Source: a virus
Length of the DNA: 64,000 nucleotides
Virus record (IMG/VR): IMGVR_UViG_3300032180_000001
Coordinates: 1 to 64,000 of that record
Strand: one strand, 5' to 3'
Under the pieces are notes generated by a model that saw only the letters and a list, made by a program, of their open reading frames with translations, did no database searches and was not told the origin of the DNA. The translations under genes were made by a program, and so were the position numbers. Of this stretch, positions 1 to 7,672 are shown one piece after another. Each line of letters opens with the position of its first letter. The first letter of the stretch is position 1.

Positions 1-284
1 TTCCGGATCGTACGGCCCACCACGATCGAGCGCCCCGCAGGGATCTCCGAAACCAAGCACCAATCGAGCTGCCGACCACGAAGCCAGAGCCGTACCGCCG
101 AAGGCCACCAAAGAAACGAAGCAAAAGTCGGCACGGCGTCAAGCGGCAAACCAAGCGCGCTCGCCAGTGAAGCTTGCAGGCAGTTGCCGATAATACCCTG
201 CTGCTCGCCCTCTATACTATAAAGAATAGTTTGACTGATCGGTACGATAGGCGGAGGAATCCACTCATCCGTCTGTGTCGTCAC
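1..284 (-). CDS. hypothetical phage protein, partial (runs off window start)
   Basis: Manual translation from GTG 284: ...GIIGNCLQASLASALGLPLDAVPTF..., open to base 1; GNCxxAxxAS motif is familiar from small phage proteins. Confidence 0.55.
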   Translation of the reverse strand, partial: MTTQTDEWIPPPIVPISQTILYSIEGEQQGIIGNCLQASLASALGLPLDAVPTFASFLWWPSAVRLWLRGRQLDWCLVSEIPAGRSIVVGRTIR

Positions 285-510
285 GCGAGCCGTCCTCGTC
301 AACGCTGGCAATCAGCATGCGAGCGGACACAAATTCGCTCAGGCACTTCCACGAGCACAGATCCACGCCTACCGACCGCGCCCCCGGGCATGACTCGTCC
401 TGGCAATCAGGGCACGCATTCTGCGGAAAGCTCAGGAACAGCCAGGACGGGTCGTCGAGGAAGCTCTCGGCCGAGCACCCTGGTGAATCGCAGCGAGTTA
501 TATCGGACAT
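265..510 (-). CDS. small Cys-rich hypothetical protein
   Basis: MSDITRCDSPGC...CPDC...CSWKC; internal ATG of ORF 265..639. Confidence 0.5.
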   Translation of the reverse strand: MSDITRCDSPGCSAESFLDDPSWLFLSFPQNACPDCQDESCPGARSVGVDLCSWKCLSEFVSARMLIASVDEDGSRDDTDG

Positions 511-538
511 CTGTCTATGATACCACGCGCGCCACCGT

Positions 539-853
539 CTACCAGGGCCGTCCTGTATCGTCAGGCTTGGTTTTTCGCCTTGAGGGGGGATTCTGTTTCT
601 GGCCGGCCGGATACCTTTCCGCGATAATCCGGCGAGCACGCTCCAGACTCATGCCCTGCTTAATTGCATTGCATGCGACCCCATTTTTCGGATCGCACCG
701 ATAGCAGCGGCTTCGCGCACCATGCACAGGCTTCAAATTCGTCAGATCGAGAGCGCGCTCGGGAGCCTCCGTCACCGGTATGACGTGATCCACTTCCCGG
801 TTAGCTCCGTAATGCCCGCAGATAATGCAACGATCGCCATACGTCTCGAACAC
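539..853 (-). CDS. HNH endonuclease (short, terminase-associated type)
   Basis: CIICG...EVDHVIP...NLKPVH...CNAIK. Confidence 0.8.
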   Translation of the reverse strand: MFETYGDRCIICGHYGANREVDHVIPVTEAPERALDLTNLKPVHGARSRCYRCDPKNGVACNAIKQGMSLERARRIIAERYPAGQKQNPPSRRKTKPDDTGRPW

Positions 854-928
854 CAGCCGCTTCAGCTTACCCCAACGGAAAGCCTTCCGCCCCGTAGCGA
901 TTTCTATCTGCCATGCAGGCTAACCTCC

Positions 929-1399
929 TTACGGCTCGTACCAGCCGAGTTCCAGCAGCTTCAGGTGCTCATCGAGGTCACCCGGCTGATATGACTGCTC
1001 CGGCTCCAGCTGCACGACCACCCGGCCATCGTGGGTCCAGTAGACAGCCCGCACCGTCTCGCAGCACCAGCCCTCAGCCAGGTCAACGAACTCGCCGATG
1101 CGGGGAACGGCCGGATAGTCCCGGTGAGTGATGAACAGCCGCGGCCCGCGCTGAGTATCACCATAGACGTCCTGCCGGATCTCCACCCTAACCAGCGGGG
1201 GGCGACGCGGATTCCGTCGCGGCGGATCAGCCCTCGGCTTGTCCAGGACGGCGCGCACCTCGTCGATATCAAACCGGTAATGACCGCCCAGGGTAGTGTC
1301 GAACGGAACGCGGCCCTTTCTTGCCCAGGCTTGCACGGTCGCTGTCTTGAAACCGAGGGCGGCGGCAAGCTGCGAGATAGTAGCGGTCCGGTCAGCCAC
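929..1399 (-). CDS. MerR/excisionase-like HTH DNA-binding protein with extra C-terminal domain
   Basis: TISQLAAALGFKTATVQAWARKGRVP...TLGGHYRFDIDEV. Confidence 0.7.
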   Translation of the reverse strand: MADRTATISQLAAALGFKTATVQAWARKGRVPFDTTLGGHYRFDIDEVRAVLDKPRADPPRRNPRRPPLVRVEIRQDVYGDTQRGPRLFITHRDYPAVPRIGEFVDLAEGWCCETVRAVYWTHDGRVVVQLEPEQSYQPGDLDEHLKLLELGWYEP

Positions 1400-1414
1400 A
1401 GATCAGCCTATCAC

Positions 1415-2599
1415 CTAAGTAGTTGTGAACCTGACGGCAGCGTAATGCCCGTCACTGCTTACCGGCGAGCCCAGCGCCCAGATATGTGCCTGATAACCCT
1501 TGTCCGGCTCAAGGTTAGTAATGTCCGCCCTGGTTCCGATCACCGGCTTGTCATCCCGAACAATCGTCCAGTGGCCCTCCTTGTCGAGGATCGGCGGATC
1601 GTTGTAAAGCACGACTTCGTATCCTGAGGGCACCTTCCCGTACTGCGGGGGAACAGCGTGCCAGGTCAAGTCCACGGTAGTTGTACCCGGATGCGCGGTA
1701 AGTCCCGTCGGAGCGGGGTAGGTCCAGTTCGCGGGCGGAGGCGGCGGGGGCTTCGGCACGGCCCCCTGCAGGTGATTCCACAGTGCCTCGTCAACAACGG
1801 CGGCGGTAACCTTGACGGCGCTGTAGTGCCAGTGCTGAAGAGCCTTCTGCACGGCAGCCTTCGTCAGCGCACCGAAACTGCCGTCCGCGGTCAGCGCCGG
1901 GCTGGCGAACCGCCAGCGGTTGAGGTTTTTCTGCAGCGTGACGACGGCCTCGCCTGCACTACCGAGATGCAGTGGCCAAGGATTCGACGGCGGGGGAGGC
2001 GGCGGAGGTGTCCCAAAAAAACTAACGCTGAACACTGTCCCGTCCAGGCTCCGCCCCTGGTACGTCATGCTGAACTGAGTCCCATCAGCCTGCCACGAAT
2101 ATCCGCACGACGTCGGCCCGCAGATATGTTGCCCTACGTAGTGGGCCGACCACACTTTGTACTGATTTCGGTGAATGCCCGCAGCTGAGGCGGCGTCGAT
2201 GATCTGCTGAACCCAGGAAGCGCTGCCGTAGGCGTAAACGTCCTTGCCGCCCTTAGCCCGCCAGAACGCCGGAAACTGTGAAGGGCTAGCATCACCCGGC
2301 TCCATGTCGAGAACATCAGCAGCAGGATCCCCGTCCGGAGTGACAGAAAGTGATCGCGCGTTCTGGCTTGCCGCGTAGGCACGAACAGCAGTCATGTTAG
2401 CATAAGACCCGTTCTCATACCCGGCGTAGGCGGCAGCTCCTGGTGTGAACTGGCTAACATCAACATCGTCCTCCATCAGCGAGCCCGAACGGAACTCGGG
2501 AGTAATAGCCGGCGCCGCCTCCGGGGCAGTGAACATCCGGCCATTAGGGCCTGGCGCTTGGACCTCGAGCAGCCAGGCTGGATCACGGGGCTTCGGCAT
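1415..2599 (-). CDS. endolysin: GH25-like muramidase + peptidoglycan-binding domain + fibronectin III
   Basis: LDMEPGD...VWSAHY...DGTQF catalytic-like region; LHLGSAGEAVVTLQKNLN...ADGSFGALTKAAV PG-binding; PAPTGLTA...VDLTWHAV FN3; Pro linkers; AGGAGG RBS before ATG 2599. Confidence 0.75.
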   Translation of the reverse strand: MPKPRDPAWLLEVQAPGPNGRMFTAPEAAPAITPEFRSGSLMEDDVDVSQFTPGAAAYAGYENGSYANMTAVRAYAASQNARSLSVTPDGDPAADVLDMEPGDASPSQFPAFWRAKGGKDVYAYGSASWVQQIIDAASAAGIHRNQYKVWSAHYVGQHICGPTSCGYSWQADGTQFSMTYQGRSLDGTVFSVSFFGTPPPPPPPSNPWPLHLGSAGEAVVTLQKNLNRWRFASPALTADGSFGALTKAAVQKALQHWHYSAVKVTAAVVDEALWNHLQGAVPKPPPPPPANWTYPAPTGLTAHPGTTTVDLTWHAVPPQYGKVPSGYEVVLYNDPPILDKEGHWTIVRDDKPVIGTRADITNLEPDKGYQAHIWALGSPVSSDGHYAAVRFTTT

Positions 2600-3218
2600 C
2601 TGATTTCCTCCTATGCTTTCCGCAGGAACATCCGGGCTGACATTCTCGCCCGATCCTCGCACGAGCTGCTTCTGATTGCTTAGCTCTCGTCTCAGACGAA
2701 ACCTCTCTACCAGCTAGAGATTCCGAAAGCTTAGCTCTCGTTTTATCTGAAACTATCCTGTGCCTGTGCTTTCCACACGTACAACCCGGATCGCACGGCT
2801 TACTGCCAGTACGCCTCCTGTTACCAGGCTTATGTCTGCCGCACGAGCAGCCAGGCGAGCATGGACTGGTTCTTTCATCATAACGATCATGACACAAAGT
2901 ACAGAGCGGCACATAATCAGCCTGAGGATCTTCACCCGTCTCTGTATGAATTCTCGCCCATTGACCTGCTCGCTGAATTACCCCGCGCTCTTCGTGAGCC
3001 GCACAGTTCTGAAAACTAGCCTTACCTAGCTCACGCGCTACTACCCGATGACGCCTCTTATACTCTGGCGAACCAGTTGGAGCCACCCTGTCAACCCATT
3101 CAGGATCAGGACCTAGTCTATGATGCCAGCATGTGCACCCAGGCAGGCATTTCTTACTACCTCCGCGAGTCTTATGCCTAGCGCAAGTGCAACCTGGTTC
3201 GCACTTCAGACCAACCAC
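2583..3218 (-). CDS. HNH-like homing endonuclease with NUMOD3-like repeats and five CxPGCxCxxH repeats
   Basis: YKRRHRVV...WARIH...DYVPLCTLCHDRYD; SDKTRAKLSES/SSETRAKQSEA; GGAGG RBS before GTG 3218. Confidence 0.7.
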   Translation of the reverse strand: MVGLKCEPGCTCARHKTRGGSKKCLPGCTCWHHRLGPDPEWVDRVAPTGSPEYKRRHRVVARELGKASFQNCAAHEERGVIQRAGQWARIHTETGEDPQADYVPLCTLCHDRYDERTSPCSPGCSCGRHKPGNRRRTGSKPCDPGCTCGKHRHRIVSDKTRAKLSESLAGREVSSETRAKQSEAARARIGRECQPGCSCGKHRRKSDAEAP

Positions 3219-3355
3219 GGAAAGTCCTCCATGATGTTCCCGGCCCGGAACTCCGGAGTGATCGCGGGCGCCGCCTCGGGAGCATGGAACATCCGGCCGT
3301 TGGGGCCTGGCGCTTGGACCTCGAGCAACCAGGCGGGATCACGGGGCTTCGGCAT
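3206..3355 (-). pseudogene. orphan 49-codon copy of the endolysin 5' end
   Basis: MPKPRDPAW...NIMEDFPWLV*; RBS GAGGAG upstream. Confidence 0.7.
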
Positions 3356-3408
3356 CGCAGTCTTCTCCTCGTACTCGCTTACGCTCGCTTACGCGCTACG
3401 ATACGCCG

Positions 3409-3684
3409 TCAGCCGTCCTTCTGGCCTTCCAGCGCGGCCACGCGCTTCTCCAGCGCCTCGATGCGCCTCTTCAGCGTATCGTCGCTGGCCCGGAGCTGCC
3501 GGATCCAGTAACCTGAACGCGCGGCATAGTCTGCCTCCTCGGCGGCACGCCGGATCTTGCGAGCCTGGGACTGCAGCCGTTCCGCCTCGTCTTCGAGATC
3601 CGATGCCCGTACGAAAGAGTTCTGCTCTTCGTTCCCGGAGAGAACTTCGCTGGCCGCAACTTCAGGCATCGCCGTCTCCCGCAC
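3409..3684 (-). CDS. coiled-coil hypothetical protein
   Basis: ORF track; helical heptad-like sequence; overlaps neighbouring gene. Confidence 0.55.
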   Translation of the reverse strand: MRETAMPEVAASEVLSGNEEQNSFVRASDLEDEAERLQSQARKIRRAAEEADYAARSGYWIRQLRASDDTLKRRIEALEKRVAALEGQKDG

Positions 3685-3901
3685 CGTCCCCTGTGCTGTC
3701 TCCGCCGCGGCCCGACACCTTCTTGATGTAATCGAGCAGGTCCTGCTCGCGCACCCGGAAGCTGCGACCGACCTTGATGCTCTCCAGCTCTTTACTCTTG
3801 ACTAGCCGATAGACGGTCATTTTCGAAACTCTGAGCGCAGTGGCTACTTCGTTTACAGTATGAAACTTAACACCCTCAAGAGCTTCCCGTACAGCGACCA
3901 C
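3662..3901 (-). CDS. excisionase-family HTH DNA-binding protein
   Basis: FHTVNEVATALRVSKMTVYRLVKSKELESIKVGRSFRV. Confidence 0.85.
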   Translation of the reverse strand: MVAVREALEGVKFHTVNEVATALRVSKMTVYRLVKSKELESIKVGRSFRVREQDLLDYIKKVSGRGGDSTGDGAGDGDA

Positions 3902-4066
3902 GTTGTGCCATCCCTCTTCCGCTCGCCAGACCAGCTATCAGCACATCCTACGCCGCAAGTCTCACGATGGCTACGTTTGCCCGCTGTTCATCTAGCACCA
4001 ATTTTCTTCCCACGCAAGGGCCGTCTGACCCTGACTCCGCTCACTTCGCGGGAGGAACCTCCGTCA

Positions 4067-4249
4067 CTACATCCGCTTCAGAAACCTGGCCGCAACCAGG
4101 GGCTCGTACCAGACGCGCATCCGGGGCTTAGCGAACCCGGGCTGCCGCCAGGTAACCCGGACGTTCCCTGCTCTGTCCCGTGCCGACACCGTGCCGACGT
4201 CGCTCTCGTGATCACTGTGCCGGACTTGAGTTCCGATCGTTAGCGTCAT
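4067..4249 (-). CDS. small SH3-like hypothetical protein
   Basis: IGTQVRH...VGTV...GNVRVTW. Confidence 0.5.
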   Translation of the reverse strand: MTLTIGTQVRHSDHESDVGTVSARDRAGNVRVTWRQPGFAKPRMRVWYEPLVAARFLKRM

Positions 4250-4253
4250 CCGG

Positions 4254-4436
4254 CTAGCTTACCCTGCCCTGCAGGGCTGACCACGGAACAACAACCAGGC
4301 GCGTGCCGGGAACCTGGTATGAATCTTCTGATTCCTCAAGCTGCGCGATCAGCGCGTCGAGCCGGGCGATTATCCGCTCCACGGTCTCATTCATCTGCTT
4401 CGTAATCTCCCGCCTATCGTCATCATCACTTGGCAC
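4254..4436 (-). CDS. small protein with C-terminal VVPW tag
   Basis: Ends ...TRLVVVPWSALQGRVS; overlaps polA stop. Confidence 0.6.
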   Translation of the reverse strand: MPSDDDDRREITKQMNETVERIIARLDALIAQLEESEDSYQVPGTRLVVVPWSALQGRVS

Positions 4437-7290
4437 TGCACTCGCCCCAGCTCATACCCGCAGTCATATCTGAAATTATAGGCACGTCCCGCCACATGAA
4501 GGTCATGGCTCGCTGTACCTCCCGCGCGACCTCAAGCGCATCACGCTTCAAGCAGCTTACCAAAATCTCGTCGTGGACCATCACCCGCAGCATCGGCAGG
4601 ATCTCCCGCGGCAGCCGGAGCAGCGCCTCGCCCATGATGTCCCGAGCCCCTCCCTGGCCGAGCAAAGCTGGGGCAACCGTGTACGCACGATCCGGATCAC
4701 ACATCATGCGCCTGCCGAACCCGTTATCCAGGATTTCCCCGGCCTTGCCGCGCGCCCTGATATCCTCCCGCCAGGCGATCAGCTGCGGGTAGTTGGCTTC
4801 CATTCCGGCGATGAAAGCATAAACCTTTTCCGGGTCCAGGCCATTGGCGATCATCCGCTTCGCGCCGAGCCCGTAATTCCAGCCGTGCGAGATGGCCTTG
4901 GTCGCCTGACGGCTGATGCCGATCTTGGCGGCGTTCTCCTTGTGCGCATCATTGGGCTTGCCATCCGGGCCGAAACCGAACAGCGCCATGTACGCGGGGT
5001 CCTGACAGTGCCCAGCGATGGCCCTCATATCAACCTGGGCCAAGTCAAAACTCATCAGGATATGACCCTCGTCGGGGAGAAAGATATCCCGCTCGTGATG
5101 CTTGCCGTCATGCTTGCCGAATACGGTCAGGCCTGGGTTAGTCACCGACCACCGGCCGGATGCCTGCCGGAAAGAATTAACCGGATGCACCCGCCCGTCC
5201 GGGCAGAGGCAGTCACTGGCAGTTCCGTAAACTGACCTGGTCTTGGTAACGATCTCCATCAGCTTCAGCGCCGCCTTGAGATCGCCGGGGCATTCCGGCC
5301 GAACCGCTATCTTATTCAGATCATCGGTGCCGATAGATAGCTTTCCCTTAGCCGTCAGCGGCGGATCGGATACCTGATAGCGCTCCCATATCCTGGCTAG
5401 CCATTCCCTCCCGGCATTTCCGCTTAGGGGGGAATCAACGGTTTCCTCTGATTCAGTTTTTTTCGACCCTCTGCCCCGCATGACTTTTCTCGTCAGCGGG
5501 AGCCCCCACCCTGCGTGCAGGAGATCGAGGGCCTCGCGCTTGCGATTCTCGCCTGCCTCCAGCCGTTCTGTCAAGAGCCTCGTGTCAACCCGGAAACCGT
5601 TGAGGCTCATCCGGCCGGCGATCGCGGCTAGCTGGTGCTCCCGCCGCAAATACGGGTCGGCGTCCAGGTAACCTCCGATGCGCCCGGCCACCGCGGCGGT
5701 CGCCCGCAGGTCACCTTCCAGGTAGCTCCGGTACTCCGGATCGTCGAGCGGGATCTTGTCCCAGCCGCCGTGCTTGCGCTTCAGCCGCATCGCCGAATCA
5801 CTATTATGCGTAACAATGCAGTGCTCAGTAACATACAGGGAGTCGACCGCATCCACGTAAAGACAGGTAACTTCCGCCTGTCCCTCTAGCTCAATGGAAT
5901 TAATTATCCGCTTTGGAATTTTATGACCATTTGGCTCCCAGCCGCTGCGAGTAAGAAATGGATTTATCGGAATATTAATAGTCAGCTTATAACTCGGCTG
6001 CCCCGTGCGCGTTTCTCCCCGATAAGTATACTTCGGTGCTTGCTTGATACTCTTGCGCGCCGTACCGCCAAATGATTCTACCAAAAAACGCACCTGATCG
6101 GTCAAATTTTCTGACGCCGAGGAGAATCTCGTATTCAATCCTCCACGGTAAACTCCATCCTGCGTCCGATACAACTCGCCATCGGTATCCATCAAACCTC
6201 GGAGCAGGTCAAGCCGCTGATTAGCGCTAGAGTAAAGATAGTTATCCGGGATGAACTTACCCTCTGCCCGCTTCCCCCAGAGGCCCATTTCTTTAAGGGA
6301 TTCCTTGATCGGATTAACGAAACGCCACCCGTTAGGCAAACTTCCTCGCTTTCCGTCAGCTCTGCTTATCCTGTATTCAGGCAGCCTTTTACCATACCTA
6401 TAGGAAGCAAGAACTAGGTTAGGAGGCAGACGCCGTTCAACCTCCGCAGGTACCAGCAAGTCACCGGGAGTAAATCTTACCGCCTGAGTTAGAGCACCAT
6501 CTCCCAAGAGAACGCCTAGAATATACGGATCGATCGGAAGTTTTCTGCGCACCATCTTCACGGGAGCGGATACAAGCGGAATAGCCCATCTAGGTTTTCT
6601 ATCACTACTTGCTGAAAGCAATGTCATCAATTCAAGAGTACTGATATCTCGGAACTTAACACCATGTTGTCCGTAGTACGGAGCGGCGGTCCACAAGTGA
6701 TCGCCGTCAGCCAAAATACTAGTCCGGTCATCAAAAGTCACACGATAAACAGAAAGCACCCCACGCCTATAGGTATTAAGAACCTGAACAGGTAGACCAT
6801 TACTTCCGATCACCATATCGCCAGGTACCAGATCCTCCACAGAAACGAAACCCTGCGGTGTAAGAATTCCTGTTCCATGGGGATGTCCCTTTCCCTCAAC
6901 GCCACAGCGTTCCGCCACGCTGGTCAGATCGTAGGAATCCTGAGTATGCGCGGTGTCCCGGGAACGGGGCGGCCACACCTGACGGGCAACCAGCTCGGTG
7001 TCGCAGGATTTCGCGGCCAGGAATTCATAATCTGCGCCATGATGCCAGGCGAGGGCCGGAAGATCAAAAGAACTGGAATTGTGCCCGGTAATCCGGTCAG
7101 CGGATTTCAGCTCGTCGATCAACTGCGAGACGGGAACGATGCGCGGCACTGCCGGGCTGCTGTCAGCGCCGTTCGGACCGAGGGCGCCTGCCAGCCGGAC
7201 GAAGCCCGTGTCGTCGTGCGAGACGTACCGGAACAGCTCGTCGGCACTCCCGGTCTCCAGGTCGAAGACGACCTCGCTACCGCGAGTCAT
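4426..7290 (-). CDS. polA: DNA polymerase family A (3'-5' exonuclease + polymerase) containing an intein
   Basis: ExoI VFDLET, ExoII GHNSSSFDL, ExoIII YLEGD; motif A DLAQVDMR, motif B RQATKAISHGWNYG, motif C VHDE. Confidence 0.95.
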   Translation of the reverse strand: MTRGSEVVFDLETGSADELFRYVSHDDTGFVRLAGALGPNGADSSPAVPRIVPVSQLIDELKSADRITGHNSSSFDLPALAWHHGADYEFLAAKSCDTELVARQVWPPRSRDTAHTQDSYDLTSVAERCGVEGKGHPHGTGILTPQGFVSVEDLVPGDMVIGSNGLPVQVLNTYRRGVLSVYRVTFDDRTSILADGDHLWTAAPYYGQHGVKFRDISTLELMTLLSASSDRKPRWAIPLVSAPVKMVRRKLPIDPYILGVLLGDGALTQAVRFTPGDLLVPAEVERRLPPNLVLASYRYGKRLPEYRISRADGKRGSLPNGWRFVNPIKESLKEMGLWGKRAEGKFIPDNYLYSSANQRLDLLRGLMDTDGELYRTQDGVYRGGLNTRFSSASENLTDQVRFLVESFGGTARKSIKQAPKYTYRGETRTGQPSYKLTINIPINPFLTRSGWEPNGHKIPKRIINSIELEGQAEVTCLYVDAVDSLYVTEHCIVTHNSDSAMRLKRKHGGWDKIPLDDPEYRSYLEGDLRATAAVAGRIGGYLDADPYLRREHQLAAIAGRMSLNGFRVDTRLLTERLEAGENRKREALDLLHAGWGLPLTRKVMRGRGSKKTESEETVDSPLSGNAGREWLARIWERYQVSDPPLTAKGKLSIGTDDLNKIAVRPECPGDLKAALKLMEIVTKTRSVYGTASDCLCPDGRVHPVNSFRQASGRWSVTNPGLTVFGKHDGKHHERDIFLPDEGHILMSFDLAQVDMRAIAGHCQDPAYMALFGFGPDGKPNDAHKENAAKIGISRQATKAISHGWNYGLGAKRMIANGLDPEKVYAFIAGMEANYPQLIAWREDIRARGKAGEILDNGFGRRMMCDPDRAYTVAPALLGQGGARDIMGEALLRLPREILPMLRVMVHDEILVSCLKRDALEVAREVQRAMTFMWRDVPIISDMTAGMSWGECSAK
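5803..6888 (-). mobile_element. intein (362 aa) with LAGLIDADG homing endonuclease, class-3 signature
   Basis: Starts GK|GHPHGTGILTP, block B ADGDHLW, LGVLLGDG and LRGLMDTDG, block F VTCLYV, ends VTHN|S; visibly more AT-rich than the exteins. Confidence 0.9.
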
Positions 7291-7349
7291 TATTCACTCA
7301 CCTCTCGCCAAAAACATACTTTCCGTAACCTGTCCACTGCTAACAGTGC

Positions 7350-7662
7350 GGGTGGGTTCAGCGGGTGGGTCAGTTTCCGAGCATGAAAGTTCTACTTCGC
7401 CGGCTGAGTCGGCTTTCCAGGTATTTTCTGCACCTCGGTGGGCGGGTGGGTTGCCAGTTCTAAAAGTCCGCGCACATGCATGCATGCATGCGCACGCGTG
7501 TCGCGCCCAGGCGCATGCACACACGCGCATGCGGACTTTGAGTATGTTGTAACCCACCCAACCCACCCACAGAGAGTAATAGCAGGTCAGGAATTTATTT
7601 CCGGGTGGGTTACCCTCCTGGAAACCCACCCTGTAACCCACCCAGGCTGATCTAACCCACCC
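7350..7662. repeat. intergenic repeat region with nine GGGTGGGT/ACCCACCC motifs and a (CATG)n alternating purine-pyrimidine tract; candidate replication origin
   Basis: Motifs near 7350, 7363, 7444, 7551, 7560, 7603, 7623, 7635, 7654; lies between primase-helicase and polA. Confidence 0.7.
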
Positions 7663-7672
7663 GCTCATCACA

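Larger units (their letters stand above)
2468..3355 (-). repeat. 132-bp diverged direct repeat (2468-2599 and 3224-3355) flanking an HNH gene
   Basis: Both copies encode MPKPRDPAWLLEVQAPGPNGRMF(T/H)APEAAPAITPEFR...MED. Confidence 0.95.

Noticed and set aside
6885-6893. Spacer A of unit 14 (AAAGGGACA) matches the polA extein-intein junction
   Set aside because: A single 9-mer match is expected many times by chance, and the adjacent bases do not match revcomp(B)
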